DNA from: Escherichia coli
Lineage (GTDB): Bacteria > Pseudomonadota > Gammaproteobacteria > Enterobacterales > Enterobacteriaceae
Assembly: GCF_011045215.1 (NCBI RefSeq)
Contig: NZ_CP049201.1
Direction: 5' to 3' (one strand)
DNA length: 64,000 bases
The position numbers and the translations under genes were made by a program. This document shows positions 39,388 to 50,146 of this stretch, one piece after another. Within the stretch, counting starts at the first letter, position 1; the number at the start of each line of letters is the position of its first letter. The notes under the pieces were generated by a model. That model was not told where the DNA came from, searched no databases, and saw only the letters and a program-made list of their open reading frames with translations.

Positions 39388-39459
39388 TCCAGAGTTTTCA
39401 CTGCGAGCCCGTAGGCTCGCAGTTAGCTTCAGTTATTCACGAATGTAGGGGATGATAAA

Positions 39460-39642
39460 TTAAGAGTCAGATTTACGGCCGCCACCATGGCTATTCTGAC
39501 CACCTTTTTTCCCTGCTTCTGATGCTCTTTGTGGATCGTTTTTAAAATTACCGCCACTATGTTGGCCGCCTTTACGACCAGCGTCAGAAGCTTTTTGTCG
39601 ATCTTCAGCGAAATTACCTGCACCGCCACGATGTTCGGTCAT
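39460..39642 (-). CDS. yciG: KGG-repeat stress protein (YciG-like), 60 aa
   Basis: Translation contains repeated KGG/GG motifs (RKGGQHSGG, KKGGQNSHGGG). Confidence 0.75.
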   Translation of the reverse strand: MTEHRGGAGNFAEDRQKASDAGRKGGQHSGGNFKNDPQRASEAGKKGGQNSHGGGRKSDS

Positions 39643-39723
39643 ATCATTTCTCCTCTGATTTTCAAATTGTAAATAACATGTGCCTTGTCAGCACCCAATT
39701 AACTTTAGTAACAAATAAGAAAG

Positions 39724-39770
39724 TGTCAAATAACAGATTGGTATGCGCATTTTGATGTGACAAATAACAG
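39724..39770. repeat. Direct repeat TGTCAAATAACAG / TGACAAATAACAG upstream of yciG-like operon (candidate regulator binding sites)
   Basis: Two near-identical 13-mers 33 bp apart, ~80-130 bp upstream of the operon start in an AT-rich leader. Confidence 0.3.
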
Positions 39771-40377
39771 TTGTAAAAAATATGTGCTCAGTGAGTATAA
39801 TTTATTGATATCTTAGTGATTAATGGGAAGTTTAGGTTGTAACTCAAAAGATTAATATACCCAAATTTACATTTATATATTATTTGATGCTCCTGGTGTT
39901 GTTTTTCTCAATAAGAATACTCTGTAAAATAATTCAATCGTAAGATGGTGGTTATTCATATTTTTGAGATACTTCCTAATAGAGTCCATCCCTTGAATAA
40001 ATAATTGTTTTAAAATTTCGTCTAACAAACTAATTACAAAAACTTTTATATAACCCAAAGAATCATGATTATTCTTAATCGTCAAGATTTGACCGTAAAA
40101 ATTTAAGCACAGAAAATTGTGTGCAAGGATGTGTTGTTCAGTCTGTCGAACTTTCGATAGTTTGAGTATTAAATGATTTCCAGCCGTTATTGATTTTACG
40201 CGTAATTCCATAAAAAACTTATCTGTTGGAGAGTTATTTGGGGCATATATGGGACAGAAATCGGCCCCAGATAGACAGTGAGATCGATCTCAGGACGCTT
40301 TTGAAAAAATGCAACTATCTGAAAAAACGTAGAAAACGCCAAGGAACCCACAGGATGTGAAAAAACACCTGTGAATT

Positions 40378-41661
40378 ATGGATTTCCAGTTATATTCGCT
40401 CGGCGCAGCGTTGGTGTTTCATGAAATATTTTTTCCTGAATCATCAACGGCAATGGCGTTAATTCTGGCAATGGGAACCTACGGTGCAGGTTATGTCGCG
40501 CGTATTGTCGGAGCATTTATTTTCGGCAAAATGGGCGACAGAATAGGGCGTAAAAAAGTGCTCTTTATTACCATCACCATGATGGGGATCTGTACCACCT
40601 TAATTGGTGTGTTACCGACCTATGCACAGATTGGTGTTTTTGCACCCATCTTGCTGGTGACGCTGCGTATTATTCAGGGATTGGGTGCAGGTGCGGAAAT
40701 TTCCGGTGCCGGTACGATGCTGGCGGAATATGCGCCAAAAGGTAAGCGCGGAATTATCTCCTCATTTGTGGCTATGGGAACTAACTGCGGAACCTTAAGC
40801 GCAACGGCAATCTGGGCCTTTATGTTCTTCATTCTCAGTAAAGAGGAACTGCTGGCGTGGGGATGGCGTATACCGTTCCTGGCGAGCGTTGTCGTGATGG
40901 TCTTTGCTATCTGGTTGCGTATGAATCTGAAAGAAAGCCCGGTCTTTGAGAAGGTTAACGACAGCAACCAACCAACAGCAAAACCTGCACCTGCTGGTAG
41001 CATGTTCCAGAGCAAATCCTTCTGGCTGGCAACAGGGCTGCGTTTTGGTCAGGCAGGTAACTCCGGATTAATTCAGACTTTCCTTGCAGGCTATTTAGTG
41101 CAGACGTTATTGTTTAACAAAGCAATTCCAACAGATGCATTGATGATCAGTTCGATTCTCGGCTTTATGACCATTCCGTTCCTTGGTTGGTTATCCGATA
41201 AAATTGGTCGCCGGATCCCGTATATTATTATGAATACCTCCGCGATTGTGCTGGCATGGCCAATGCTTTCTATCATCGTAGATAAAAGCTATGCCCCGAG
41301 CACCATTATGGTTGCACTGATTGTGATTCATAACAGTGCGGTGCTGGGATTATTTGCTCTGGAAAATATTACCATGGCAGAAATGTTTGGTTGTAAAAAC
41401 CGCTTTACCCGGATGGCTATTTCAAAAGAAATTGGTGGTCTTATCGCTTCCGGTTTTGGTCCTATCCTGGCAGGTATTTTCTGCACCATGACGGAATCCT
41501 GGTATCCGATCGCCATTATGATCATGGCATATTCAGTGATTGGTTTAATCTCTGCGCTGAAAATGCCAGAAGTGAAAGACCGTGATTTAAGTGCGCTGGA
41601 AGACGCTGCGGAAGATCAACCGCGTGTTGTAAGAGCTGCGCAACCTTCCAGAAGTCTGTAA
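40378..41661 (+). pseudogene. ydfJ: ydfJ, MFS transporter, N-terminally truncated by prophage insertion (3' fragment)
   Basis: 427-aa ORF begins directly at the GxxFFP region; first TM helix (~40 aa) of the ProP/ShiA-type fold is missing; in-frame stop immediately upstream. Confidence 0.65.
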
Positions 41662-41749
41662 ATCCTCAATCCCTTCTCTTACCGGAGAGGGGATTTTTAT
41701 CCATATAACAAAACATGTAGCTTGCCATATTTAAATTTAAGGAATTGTT

Positions 41750-43210
41750 ATGGGAAATAATTTGTTATCAGCAAAAGCGACACTCCCTGTTTATGATCGT
41801 AATAACCTGGCCCCAAGAATTGTTCATTTAGGCTTTGGTGCATTTCACCGTGCGCATCAGGGCGTGTATGCCGATATTCTTGCTACAGAACATTTCAGTG
41901 ACTGGGGATATTATGAGGTCAACTTAATCGGTGGCGAACAGCAAATTGCCGATTTACAACAGCAAGATAATCTTTATACCGTTGCGGAAATGTCGGCCGA
42001 TGCGTGGACGGCTCGCGTCGTTGGCGTCGTTAAAAAAGCCTTGCACGTACAGATAGATGGCTTAGAAACCGTGTTGGCTGCGATGTGTGAACCGCAAATC
42101 GCGATTGTCTCTCTGACAATCACCGAAAAAGGGTATTTCCACTCTCCGGCGACCGGACAGTTAATGCTCGATCACCCGATGGTCGCTGCCGACGTGCAAA
42201 ATCCCCACCAGCCGAAAACAGCAACAGGGGTGATTGTTGAGGCGCTGGCTCGCCGTAAAGCGGCAGGACTTCCCGCATTTACCGTCATGTCATGTGACAA
42301 CATGCCAGAAAACGGTCATGTTATGCGTGACGTTGTCACTTCCTACGCGCAAGCCGTTGATGTAAAACTGGCACAATGGATCGAAGATAACGTGACTTTC
42401 CCATCAACAATGGTGGACCGTATTGTGCCCGCAGTGACAGAGGATACGCTGGCGAAAATCGAACAACTTACCGGTGTGCGCGATCCTGCTGGCGTTGCCT
42501 GTGAACCTTTCCGCCAGTGGGTAATAGAAGATAATTTTGTTGCCGGACGTCCGGAATGGGAAAAAGCGGGAGCAGAACTGGTTAGCGATGTACTGCCTTA
42601 TGAAGAGATGAAGTTGCGCATGCTCAACGGCAGTCATTCATTCCTGGCGTATCTGGGTTATCTTGCCGGATATCAGCACATTAATGACTGTATGGAAGAT
42701 GAACATTATCGTCATGCGGCGTATGGCTTGATGTTGCAGGAACAAGCGCCGACGCTGAAAGTGAAGGGCGTTGATTTGCAAGATTACGCTAACCGATTAA
42801 TTGCACGCTATAGCAACCCGGCGTTACGTCATCGAACCTGGCAGATTGCGATGGATGGCAGCCAGAAATTGCCACAGCGGATGTTGGATTCTGTTCGCTG
42901 GCATCTGGCGCATGACAGCAAGTTCGATCTGCTGGCGCTGGGCGTCGCGGGTTGGATGCGTTATGTCGGTGGTGTTGATGAACAGGGAAATCCGATAGAA
43001 ATCAGTGACCCACTGTTACCTGTTATTCAGAAGGCTGTACAAAGTAGTGCCGAAGGGAAAGCGCGCGTCCAGTCATTGCTGGCGATTAAGGCGATTTTTG
43101 GTGGTGATTTGCCAGACAATAGCTTGTTTACTGCAAAAGTGACGGAAGCGTACTTGTCTTTATTAGCGCATGGCGCGAAAGCGACCGTGGCGAAATATTC
43201 CGTGAAGTAA
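41750..43210 (+). CDS. ydfI: Mannitol-dehydrogenase-family oxidoreductase
   Basis: 486 aa; gene order identical to K-12 ydfI. Confidence 0.85.
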   Translation: MGNNLLSAKATLPVYDRNNLAPRIVHLGFGAFHRAHQGVYADILATEHFSDWGYYEVNLIGGEQQIADLQQQDNLYTVAEMSADAWTARVVGVVKKALHVQIDGLETVLAAMCEPQIAIVSLTITEKGYFHSPATGQLMLDHPMVAADVQNPHQPKTATGVIVEALARRKAAGLPAFTVMSCDNMPENGHVMRDVVTSYAQAVDVKLAQWIEDNVTFPSTMVDRIVPAVTEDTLAKIEQLTGVRDPAGVACEPFRQWVIEDNFVAGRPEWEKAGAELVSDVLPYEEMKLRMLNGSHSFLAYLGYLAGYQHINDCMEDEHYRHAAYGLMLQEQAPTLKVKGVDLQDYANRLIARYSNPALRHRTWQIAMDGSQKLPQRMLDSVRWHLAHDSKFDLLALGVAGWMRYVGGVDEQGNPIEISDPLLPVIQKAVQSSAEGKARVQSLLAIKAIFGGDLPDNSLFTAKVTEAYLSLLAHGAKATVAKYSVK

Positions 43211-43245
43211 AAAAAGCAATGCCGCCATCGGCGGCATTCACACGC

Positions 43246-43449
43246 TTAGTTCATGCCGAGACGAATCAGGTCCAGAGGTGCCAGTTTCTCTTCACAACCT
43301 TCAACAACTACGGTTTTTCCGCGGCGGATTTGCTCAGCGGTCAGACCTTCAGTATCAATCGACAGGATCTTGCCAGTGTGACCGGTGCCGCTAACCATAA
43401 CACGGCTGCCAGTGGTGATTGCGTTACGGTTACGATCGTAGGTCGTCAT
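43246..43449 (-). CDS. ydfZ: Small protein YdfZ, 67 aa
   Basis: Length and position. Confidence 0.7.
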
Positions 43450-43625
43450 AGGTGTTTTCTCCTTTCTGATTTACAGTCGAAGCCCACGTAACGGGCGCAA
43501 TATAAATACTCCTGTCGAGTGAAATATTTTTTGTTTTTGATCAAGCTCACATCTTTTTTGATGCATGCATGAGCCATAAGGCGGGGGTAAAGACTCTCAT
43601 CCCGGATGGGATGAGAGGAAATGAA

Positions 43626-44312
43626 TTACTCTTCGCTAAACCAGTCGCTGTTTTCCTGGCGGATCTGGCGCACGGATTCGCTGATTTCCTGCAAATGTTG
43701 CGTCATTGCACGTTCTACCGCATCGCCATCACGTTTTTGCAGGGCAGAGAAAATATCAAGATGCTGGCGTAACAGCATTTCTGGTGGAGAAACATGGTCG
43801 AAACTCATATAGCGCACGCGATCAACGGTCGCTTTCAGGTTCTCAATGGTATCCCACGCCAGTTGACAGTCGGCAATCTGCGTCAGGAGTTGATGGAAGT
43901 TGTCATCAAGTTCAAAAAAATCATCCAGTTGCTTGCGCTCAATGGCAATGCGTTGCTGGTGAAGATTTTGTTCCAGTTGGTAGCACTGGCTTTCAGTAAT
44001 CATGCTCGCCGCCCGACGCGCCACCGCGCACTCAATGGCCTGACGGATAAAACTGCCGTTGCGCACCTGGGCCATGGAAATTTTGTTGACGTAGCTGCCA
44101 CGCTGCGGACGAATTTGAATCAGACCATTTTCCGCCAGTTTAATAAAGGCTTCACGAACCGGCTGGCGTGACACATTGAAACGAACAGAAACTTCTTTTT
44201 CCGACAACGGTGTGCCTGGAGCAATCAGGCAATGGACAATGTCGCGACGAAGGATACGATAAATTTGCTGATTGACAGGCTGTGTGGGATTAAGTTGCGT
44301 TTCGACGGTCAT
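43626..44312 (-). CDS. ydfH: GntR/FadR-family transcriptional regulator
   Basis: N-terminal winged-HTH ([11 protein letters not shown]...[21 protein letters not shown]), FCD-type C-terminus. Confidence 0.85.
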
Positions 44313-44400
44313 TCGTTCTTGCTTGTGAGTGAGTTAACTGCATGAGTCTACCACTTTTTTGTGACAAGCAATAACCCGGCAGTTACGCCGGGTATAAAAA

Positions 44401-45147
44401 TTACTGACGGTGGACATTCAGTCCGGCATAGCTTTGGGTAACCGGCATCATTTCCAGGGTATTGATATTGACGTGAGCAGGCAGCGTTGACACCCACCAG
44501 ACGGCTTCGCTGACATCTTCTGGCGTCAATGCAACGGTATTTTGATAGGTTTTTTCCGCTTTACTGTCATCGCCTTTAAAGCGGACATTGGAAAACTCGG
44601 TGCCACCCACCAGACCCGGTTCGATGTCGGTGACGCGCACCGCCGTACCATGCAGATCCGTACGCAGATTCAGGCTAAACTGACGAACAAACGCTTTCGT
44701 CGCACCGTAAACGTTACCACCGGCATACGGCCAGCTACCTGCCGTTGAGCCAATGTTAATAATATGACCATGATTACGTTCAACCATACCCGGTAAGACG
44801 GCGCGCGTCATATATACCAGGCCTTTGTTGTTGGTATCAATCATCGTCTCCCAGTCTTCAACGTTGGCTTTATGCGCAGGCTCCATGCCCAACGCCAGGC
44901 CAGCATTGTTTACCAGGATATCAATATTGCTCCACTCGGCAGGGAGCGATGCCAGCATCTCTTCAATAGCGGCGCGGTTGCGAACGTCCAGTTGGGCGAT
45001 ATACAGATTATCTCCCAGTTCGTCTTTTAACTCCTGCAACCGTTCCTGGCGACGGCCAGTGGCGATAACTTTATGCCCTTGTTGAATAAAACGACGAGTA
45101 ATGCATTCACCAAAACCTGCCGTTGCTCCAGTTACTAAAACGATCAT
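44401..45147 (-). CDS. ydfG: NADP-dependent short-chain dehydrogenase (3-hydroxy acid dehydrogenase)
   Basis: TGATAGFG Rossmann motif; internal start MIVLVTG used; catalytic Y-x3-K present. Confidence 0.85.
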   Translation of the reverse strand: MIVLVTGATAGFGECITRRFIQQGHKVIATGRRQERLQELKDELGDNLYIAQLDVRNRAAIEEMLASLPAEWSNIDILVNNAGLALGMEPAHKANVEDWETMIDTNNKGLVYMTRAVLPGMVERNHGHIINIGSTAGSWPYAGGNVYGATKAFVRQFSLNLRTDLHGTAVRVTDIEPGLVGGTEFSNVRFKGDDSKAEKTYQNTVALTPEDVSEAVWWVSTLPAHVNINTLEMMPVTQSYAGLNVHRQ

Positions 45148-45283
45148 CTCACTGTTCCTCAACGCTTTTGTGTGTCAATAACATAGCACGTGATGCTTAA
45201 GAGCGGGTAATACTGGTTTGCAAGATTGCACTCCGTTATCAGTAAGCCTACGCTATGGAACACCTCGCGTTCAGGAGAAGAAA

Positions 45284-47329
45284 ATGACAACAATGAATCC
45301 TTTCCTTGTGCAAAGCACATTGCCGTATCTGGCTCCTCATTTTGATCAAATTGCCAATCATCACTATCGCCCGGCATTCGATGAGGGAATGCAGCAAAAG
45401 CGGGCAGAAATTGCTGCCATCGCGCTTAACCCGCAAACGCCTGATTTCAACAATACTATTCTGACACTGGAACAAAGCGGAGAATTACTTACCCGCGTTA
45501 CCAGCGTCTTTTTTGCGATGACTGCGGCGCATACCAATGATGAATTACAGCGTCTTGATGAACAGTTTTCCGCTGAACTGGCGGAACTGGCTAATGATAT
45601 CTATCTGAACGGTGAATTATTCGCGCGGGTAGATGCTGTCTGGCAGCGCCGTGAATCCCTGGGGCTTGATAGTGAATCCATCCGCCTGGTGGAGGTGATT
45701 CATCAACGTTTTGTCCTTGCCGGAGCCAAACTTGCGCAAGCTGATAAAGCAAAATTAAAAGTACTGAATACAGAAGCTGCGACCCTAACCAGTCAGTTTA
45801 ACCAGCGATTACTGGCAGCAAATAAATCCGGCGGTCTGGTTGTGAACGATATCGCGCAGCTGGCAGGAATGAGTGAGCAAGAGATTGTACTGGCGGCAGA
45901 GGCGGCTCGCGAGAAAGGTCTGGATAACAAATGGCTGATTCCGCTGCTGAATACCACCCAACAACCGGCGCTTGCCGAAATGCGCGATCGTGCGACGCGA
46001 GAACAACTGTTTATTGCGGGCTGGACGCGAGCGGAAAAAAGTGATGCCAATGATACCCGCGCTATCATTCAACGTCTGGTGGAGATCCGTGCACAACAGG
46101 CTACATTACTTGGTTTTCCTCATTATGCCGCATGGAAAATCGCCGATCAGATGGCAAAAACACCTGAAGCAGCGCTCAACTTTATGCGGGAAATTGTTCC
46201 AGCGGCGCGTCAACGTGCAAGCGATGAATTAGCCTCCATACAGGCGGTTATCGATAAGCAGCAGGGCGGGTTTAGCGCGCAGCCGTGGGACTGGGCATTT
46301 TATGCCGAACAGGTACGGCGGGAGAAATTTGATCTTGATGAGGCGCAGCTCAAGCCATATTTTGAATTAAACACGGTGTTGAATGAAGGTGTATTCTGGA
46401 CCGCGAATCAGCTCTTCGGTATTAAGTTTGTCGAACGTTTTGATATTCCTGTCTACCATCCTGACGTTCGGGTGTGGGAAATATTTGATCATAATGGCGT
46501 GGGGCTGGCGTTATTTTACGGTGATTTCTTCGCCCGTGATTCAAAAAGCGGCGGTGCATGGATGGGCAATTTTGTTGAGCAATCAACGCTTAATGAAACG
46601 CATCCGGTAATTTATAACGTCTGCAATTATCAGAAACCCGCTGCCGGTGAGCCTGCGTTGTTACTCTGGGATGATGTCATAACCTTATTCCATGAATTTG
46701 GTCATACGCTGCACGGCCTTTTTGCCCGCCAGCGTTATGCCACGCTCTCCGGCACCAACACGCCGCGTGATTTTGTCGAATTTCCGTCGCAAATCAACGA
46801 ACACTGGGCAACGCATCCGCAGGTATTCGCTCGCTACGCCCGGCATTATCAGAGCGGGGCAGCAATGCCTGACGAACTGCAACAGAAAATGCGTAATGCC
46901 AGCCTGTTCAACAAAGGGTATGAGATGAGCGAACTGCTTAGCGCCGCACTTCTCGATATGCGCTGGCATTGCCTGGAAGAAAACGAAGCAATGCAGGATG
47001 TCGATGATTTTGAATTGCGGGCGCTGGTGGCAGAAAATATGGATCTTCCTGCTATACCGCCACGCTATCGCAGCAGTTATTTTGCCCATATTTTTGGTGG
47101 CGGATATGCCGCAGGTTATTACGCTTATCTGTGGACGCAAATGTTGGCCGATGATGGTTACCAGTGGTTTGTTGAGCAGGGCGGATTAACGCGTGAAAAT
47201 GGGCTGCGTTTTCGCGAGGCGATCCTTTCCAGAGGTAACAGCGAAGATCTGGAACGCCTGTATCGACAATGGCGCGGTAAGGCTCCTCAGATTATGCCGA
47301 TGCTGCAACATCGTGGCTTGAACATATAA
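45284..47329 (+). CDS. dcp: Dipeptidyl carboxypeptidase II (M3 family zinc peptidase)
   Basis: HEFGH zinc motif; 681 aa from internal ATG at 45284. Confidence 0.9.
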   Translation: MTTMNPFLVQSTLPYLAPHFDQIANHHYRPAFDEGMQQKRAEIAAIALNPQTPDFNNTILTLEQSGELLTRVTSVFFAMTAAHTNDELQRLDEQFSAELAELANDIYLNGELFARVDAVWQRRESLGLDSESIRLVEVIHQRFVLAGAKLAQADKAKLKVLNTEAATLTSQFNQRLLAANKSGGLVVNDIAQLAGMSEQEIVLAAEAAREKGLDNKWLIPLLNTTQQPALAEMRDRATREQLFIAGWTRAEKSDANDTRAIIQRLVEIRAQQATLLGFPHYAAWKIADQMAKTPEAALNFMREIVPAARQRASDELASIQAVIDKQQGGFSAQPWDWAFYAEQVRREKFDLDEAQLKPYFELNTVLNEGVFWTANQLFGIKFVERFDIPVYHPDVRVWEIFDHNGVGLALFYGDFFARDSKSGGAWMGNFVEQSTLNETHPVIYNVCNYQKPAAGEPALLLWDDVITLFHEFGHTLHGLFARQRYATLSGTNTPRDFVEFPSQINEHWATHPQVFARYARHYQSGAAMPDELQQKMRNASLFNKGYEMSELLSAALLDMRWHCLEENEAMQDVDDFELRALVAENMDLPAIPPRYRSSYFAHIFGGGYAAGYYAYLWTQMLADDGYQWFVEQGGLTRENGLRFREAILSRGNSEDLERLYRQWRGKAPQIMPMLQHRGLNI

Positions 47330-47373
47330 ACACCACCAATGGCTGTCCTGGAGATATCGCCAGGCCAGCCTGG

Positions 47374-47892
47374 TTATAGCAGTAACTGCAGCAGCTGGGC
47401 GAGGGCAAACCTCACCGCTAAAGCTAATACCGTTTCGCAGTCGCCAGCAAAATGCATAACCGCAGTGTAGTTCTGGCCTTTAATATGCCACGCGAACCAG
47501 ACGGTACCCGCTGGCGTACCATCTTCACCGCCCTCCGGTCCGCCGTAGCCGGTAATGGCAATACTGACATCAGCATCCGCACGCTCTATGGCACCGGTTG
47601 CCATTTCTGCTGCCACTTTCTCACTCACCGCAGAATATCGTTCAAGAGATTGCTGGCTTACGCTGAGGATTTTCATCTTTGCCTGATCGGTGAAAGTAAC
47701 AAATCCTGCACCGTAAAATTTGGGTGTATCTTCAGCTGCACACAGGGCGCTAGCCAACTTACCGCCGGTGCATGATTCGGCGGTAGTTAAGCGTAATTGA
47801 TCCGCGATAAGTCTTTGACTCAACGCGGATGTCAGGTTTTCAATAGTGTCGGTATCTGCAAGTTGTACAATTTTATTTCTATTAATGTTCAC
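47374..47892 (-). CDS. ydeJ: CinA/PncC-like nicotinamide-nucleotide amidase family protein
   Basis: 172 aa; sequence and position as recalled YdeJ. Confidence 0.8.
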   Translation of the reverse strand: MNINRNKIVQLADTDTIENLTSALSQRLIADQLRLTTAESCTGGKLASALCAAEDTPKFYGAGFVTFTDQAKMKILSVSQQSLERYSAVSEKVAAEMATGAIERADADVSIAITGYGGPEGGEDGTPAGTVWFAWHIKGQNYTAVMHFAGDCETVLALAVRFALAQLLQLLL

Positions 47893-48167
47893 TGTTTTTT
47901 GTCCACGCTTTTATATGTAAAGGTGATTTGCTTTTTCTGTATGCTCGTCCAATATAATAATTTCCAAACATATAAATCCGATTATTCTGAAAATATGTTT
48001 AAGACTTTTCAATCTTCTTAACTTTAGTGAGTTAAATTCTCTGAATATTTGACAGCTAGTTGGCTGATTTTAAATGCCTTATAACAATTGGCAGTATTCT
48101 TATTTGGCAATTATAAAAATAGCAACCAGACTTAATAAGTCAAACCAAACGCAATTAAGGAGTTAGT

Positions 48168-48560
48168 ATGAAATTTCAGGCCATTGTATTAGCAAGTTTT
48201 CTTGTCATGCCTTATGCGTTGGCAGATGACCAGGGCGGTTTAAAACAGGATGCAGCGCCACCGCCGCCTCATGCAATAGAAGATGGCTATCGCGGCACCG
48301 ATGATGCAAAAAAAATGACCGTTGATTTCGCAAAAACCATGCACGATGGCGCTTCGGTTTCACTACGCGGTAATTTGATTTCTCACAAAGGAGAGGACCG
48401 TTACGTTTTTCGCGATAAGAGCGGTGAAATTAATGTTGTTATTCCTGCGGCCGTCTTTGATGGACGAGAAGTTCAGCCGGACCAGATGATCAACATTAGC
48501 GGCAGTCTCGATAAGAAAAGCGCGCCGGCCGTCGTTCGGGTCACTCATTTGCAGAAATAA
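48168..48560 (+). CDS. ydeI: Periplasmic OB-fold (BOF) protein
   Basis: Signal peptide then OB-fold domain; 130 aa. Confidence 0.8.
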
Positions 48561-48814
48561 AAATAAATTAGCCTGATGGCCTGAACTACTGGGCCATTAG
48601 GGTATTGGGTTATGCTATTTGTCATCCTTTTATTTACGATAATGCAGAGGTAATTTACAGAATTAAACACTTTTTTATCCGCTGATTTTGTTTTAAATCA
48701 CAATGTTATCTCAGAAATGACTCATAACTTCGGATTTCTATGAAAATATTGACGTAATTTTGCTTTTCTCTCGTTAGAATAGCGCACACAAGGAACTGTG
48801 AAAAAGGAGTGGCA

Positions 48815-49705
48815 ATGATCAAGAAGACAACGGAAATTGATGCCATCTTGTTAAATCTCAATAAGGCTATCGATGCCCACTACCAGTGGCTGGTGAGTAT
48901 GTTTCACAGCGTGGTCGCGAGAGATGCCAGTAAGCCAGAAATAACGGATAACCATTCTTATGGACTGTGCCAGTTTGGTCGGTGGATTGATCATCTGGGG
49001 CCACTCGATAACGATGAATTACCTTACGTTCGGCTAATGGATTCTGCCCATCAACATATGCATAACTGTGGTCGGGAATTAATGCTGGCTATTGTTGAAA
49101 ATCACTGGCAGGACGCGCATTTCGACGCCTTTCAGGAGGGGTTGCTTTCTTTTACTGCGGCATTAACCGATTACAAAATTTATTTGCTGACGATCCGTAG
49201 CAATATGGATGTTTTGACGGGATTGCCGGGTCGTCGGGTTCTTGATGAATCCTTTGATCATCAGTTACGCAACGCTGAGCCTCTGAATCTTTATTTAATG
49301 TTGTTGGATATTGACCGATTTAAATTGGTTAATGATACCTACGGGCATTTAATCGGCGATGTAGTATTACGCACCCTGGCAACTTACTTAGCCAGTTGGA
49401 CGCGTGATTACGAAACGGTTTATCGCTACGGGGGCGAAGAATTTATCATTATTGTCAAAGCGGCTAATGATGAAGAAGCATGTCGTGCAGGTGTCAGAAT
49501 TTGCCAGTTAGTCGATAACCATGCCATCACACATTCTGAAGGGCATATCAACATTACCGTGACAGCAGGTGTCAGTCGCGCATTTCCTGAAGAGCCTCTG
49601 GATGTGGTCATTGGAAGAGCAGACCGGGCAATGTATGAGGGTAAGCAAACCGGAAGAAATCGCTGCATGTTTATTGACGAACAAAATGTGATTAACCGAG
49701 TTTAA
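48815..49705 (+). CDS. dgcZ: Zinc-sensing diguanylate cyclase
   Basis: N-terminal MIKKTTEIDAILLNLNKAIDAHYQW (CZB domain) and RYGGEEF GGDEF active site. Confidence 0.85.
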   Translation: MIKKTTEIDAILLNLNKAIDAHYQWLVSMFHSVVARDASKPEITDNHSYGLCQFGRWIDHLGPLDNDELPYVRLMDSAHQHMHNCGRELMLAIVENHWQDAHFDAFQEGLLSFTAALTDYKIYLLTIRSNMDVLTGLPGRRVLDESFDHQLRNAEPLNLYLMLLDIDRFKLVNDTYGHLIGDVVLRTLATYLASWTRDYETVYRYGGEEFIIIVKAANDEEACRAGVRICQLVDNHAITHSEGHINITVTAGVSRAFPEEPLDVVIGRADRAMYEGKQTGRNRCMFIDEQNVINRV

Positions 49706-49744
49706 GCTCCGTTTAACATTCATTGAGAAAACTGATGCTACTGT

Positions 49745-49850
49745 GTCAACGATCCGTTATCAGTGCAGGAAAATGCCTGTTAGCGTAAAAGCAAAACACA
49801 AATCTATCCATGCAAGCATTCACCGCCGGTTTACTGGCGGTTTTTTTTTC
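49745..49850 (+). ncRNA. mgrR: Candidate MgrR-like sRNA ending in terminator 49821..49850
   Basis: Intergenic region downstream of dgcZ, divergent context with mgtS; strong hairpin caccgccgg-ttta-ctggcggt followed by nine T; recalled MgrR lies at this locus. Boundaries approximate. Confidence 0.35.
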
Positions 49851-49924
49851 GCCGTCATAAAAATCAGGCCCCTTGTACACAACTGTAACAAGGGGCCGGT
49901 TAGGTGAGGGATTATCTCCGTTCA

Positions 49925-50020
49925 TTAGTCATCCCATTTGTGGCTGAAATACGCGGCCAGAAAACCAGAAAATAAAATTATTCCCAGTACGGCCATAAAA
50001 ACATTCATATTACCCAGCAT
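49925..50020 (-). CDS. mgtS: Small membrane protein MgtS (YneM), 31 aa
   Basis: Reverse-strand translation MLGNMNVFMAVLGIILFSGFLAAYFSHKWDD; terminator hairpin ggccccttgt...acaaggggcc at 49866..49900 on minus strand. Confidence 0.65.
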   Translation of the reverse strand: MLGNMNVFMAVLGIILFSGFLAAYFSHKWDD

Positions 50021-50146
50021 TATTTGCCTCCGTTTATGGTGTGGTGTGTTTCCTCGCTTACCTTAATTTTTATCTCAATGAGAAAGATATTAGCAGAGGT
50101 AACCTAAACGAAGGCTGAATTAAATTTTTATTGTGTTCGACTTAAA

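Larger units (their letters stand above)
1..40377. mobile_element. Lambdoid prophage (Qin-like DicA/DicC immunity, lambda-like tail), right portion only; left end outside window
   Basis: Contiguous phage gene order: immunity, replication, Q, lysis, terminase, head, tail, fibres, then cargo operon, ending where ydfJ resumes as an N-terminally truncated ORF at 40378. Same insertion locus as Qin in K-12 (recalled). Confidence 0.8.

Noticed and set aside
39873-40211. 112-aa minus-strand ORF in the AT-rich leader upstream of yciG
   Set aside because: Low-complexity translation from AT-rich intergenic DNA; more likely promoter/regulatory region of the stress operon or att-proximal DNA.
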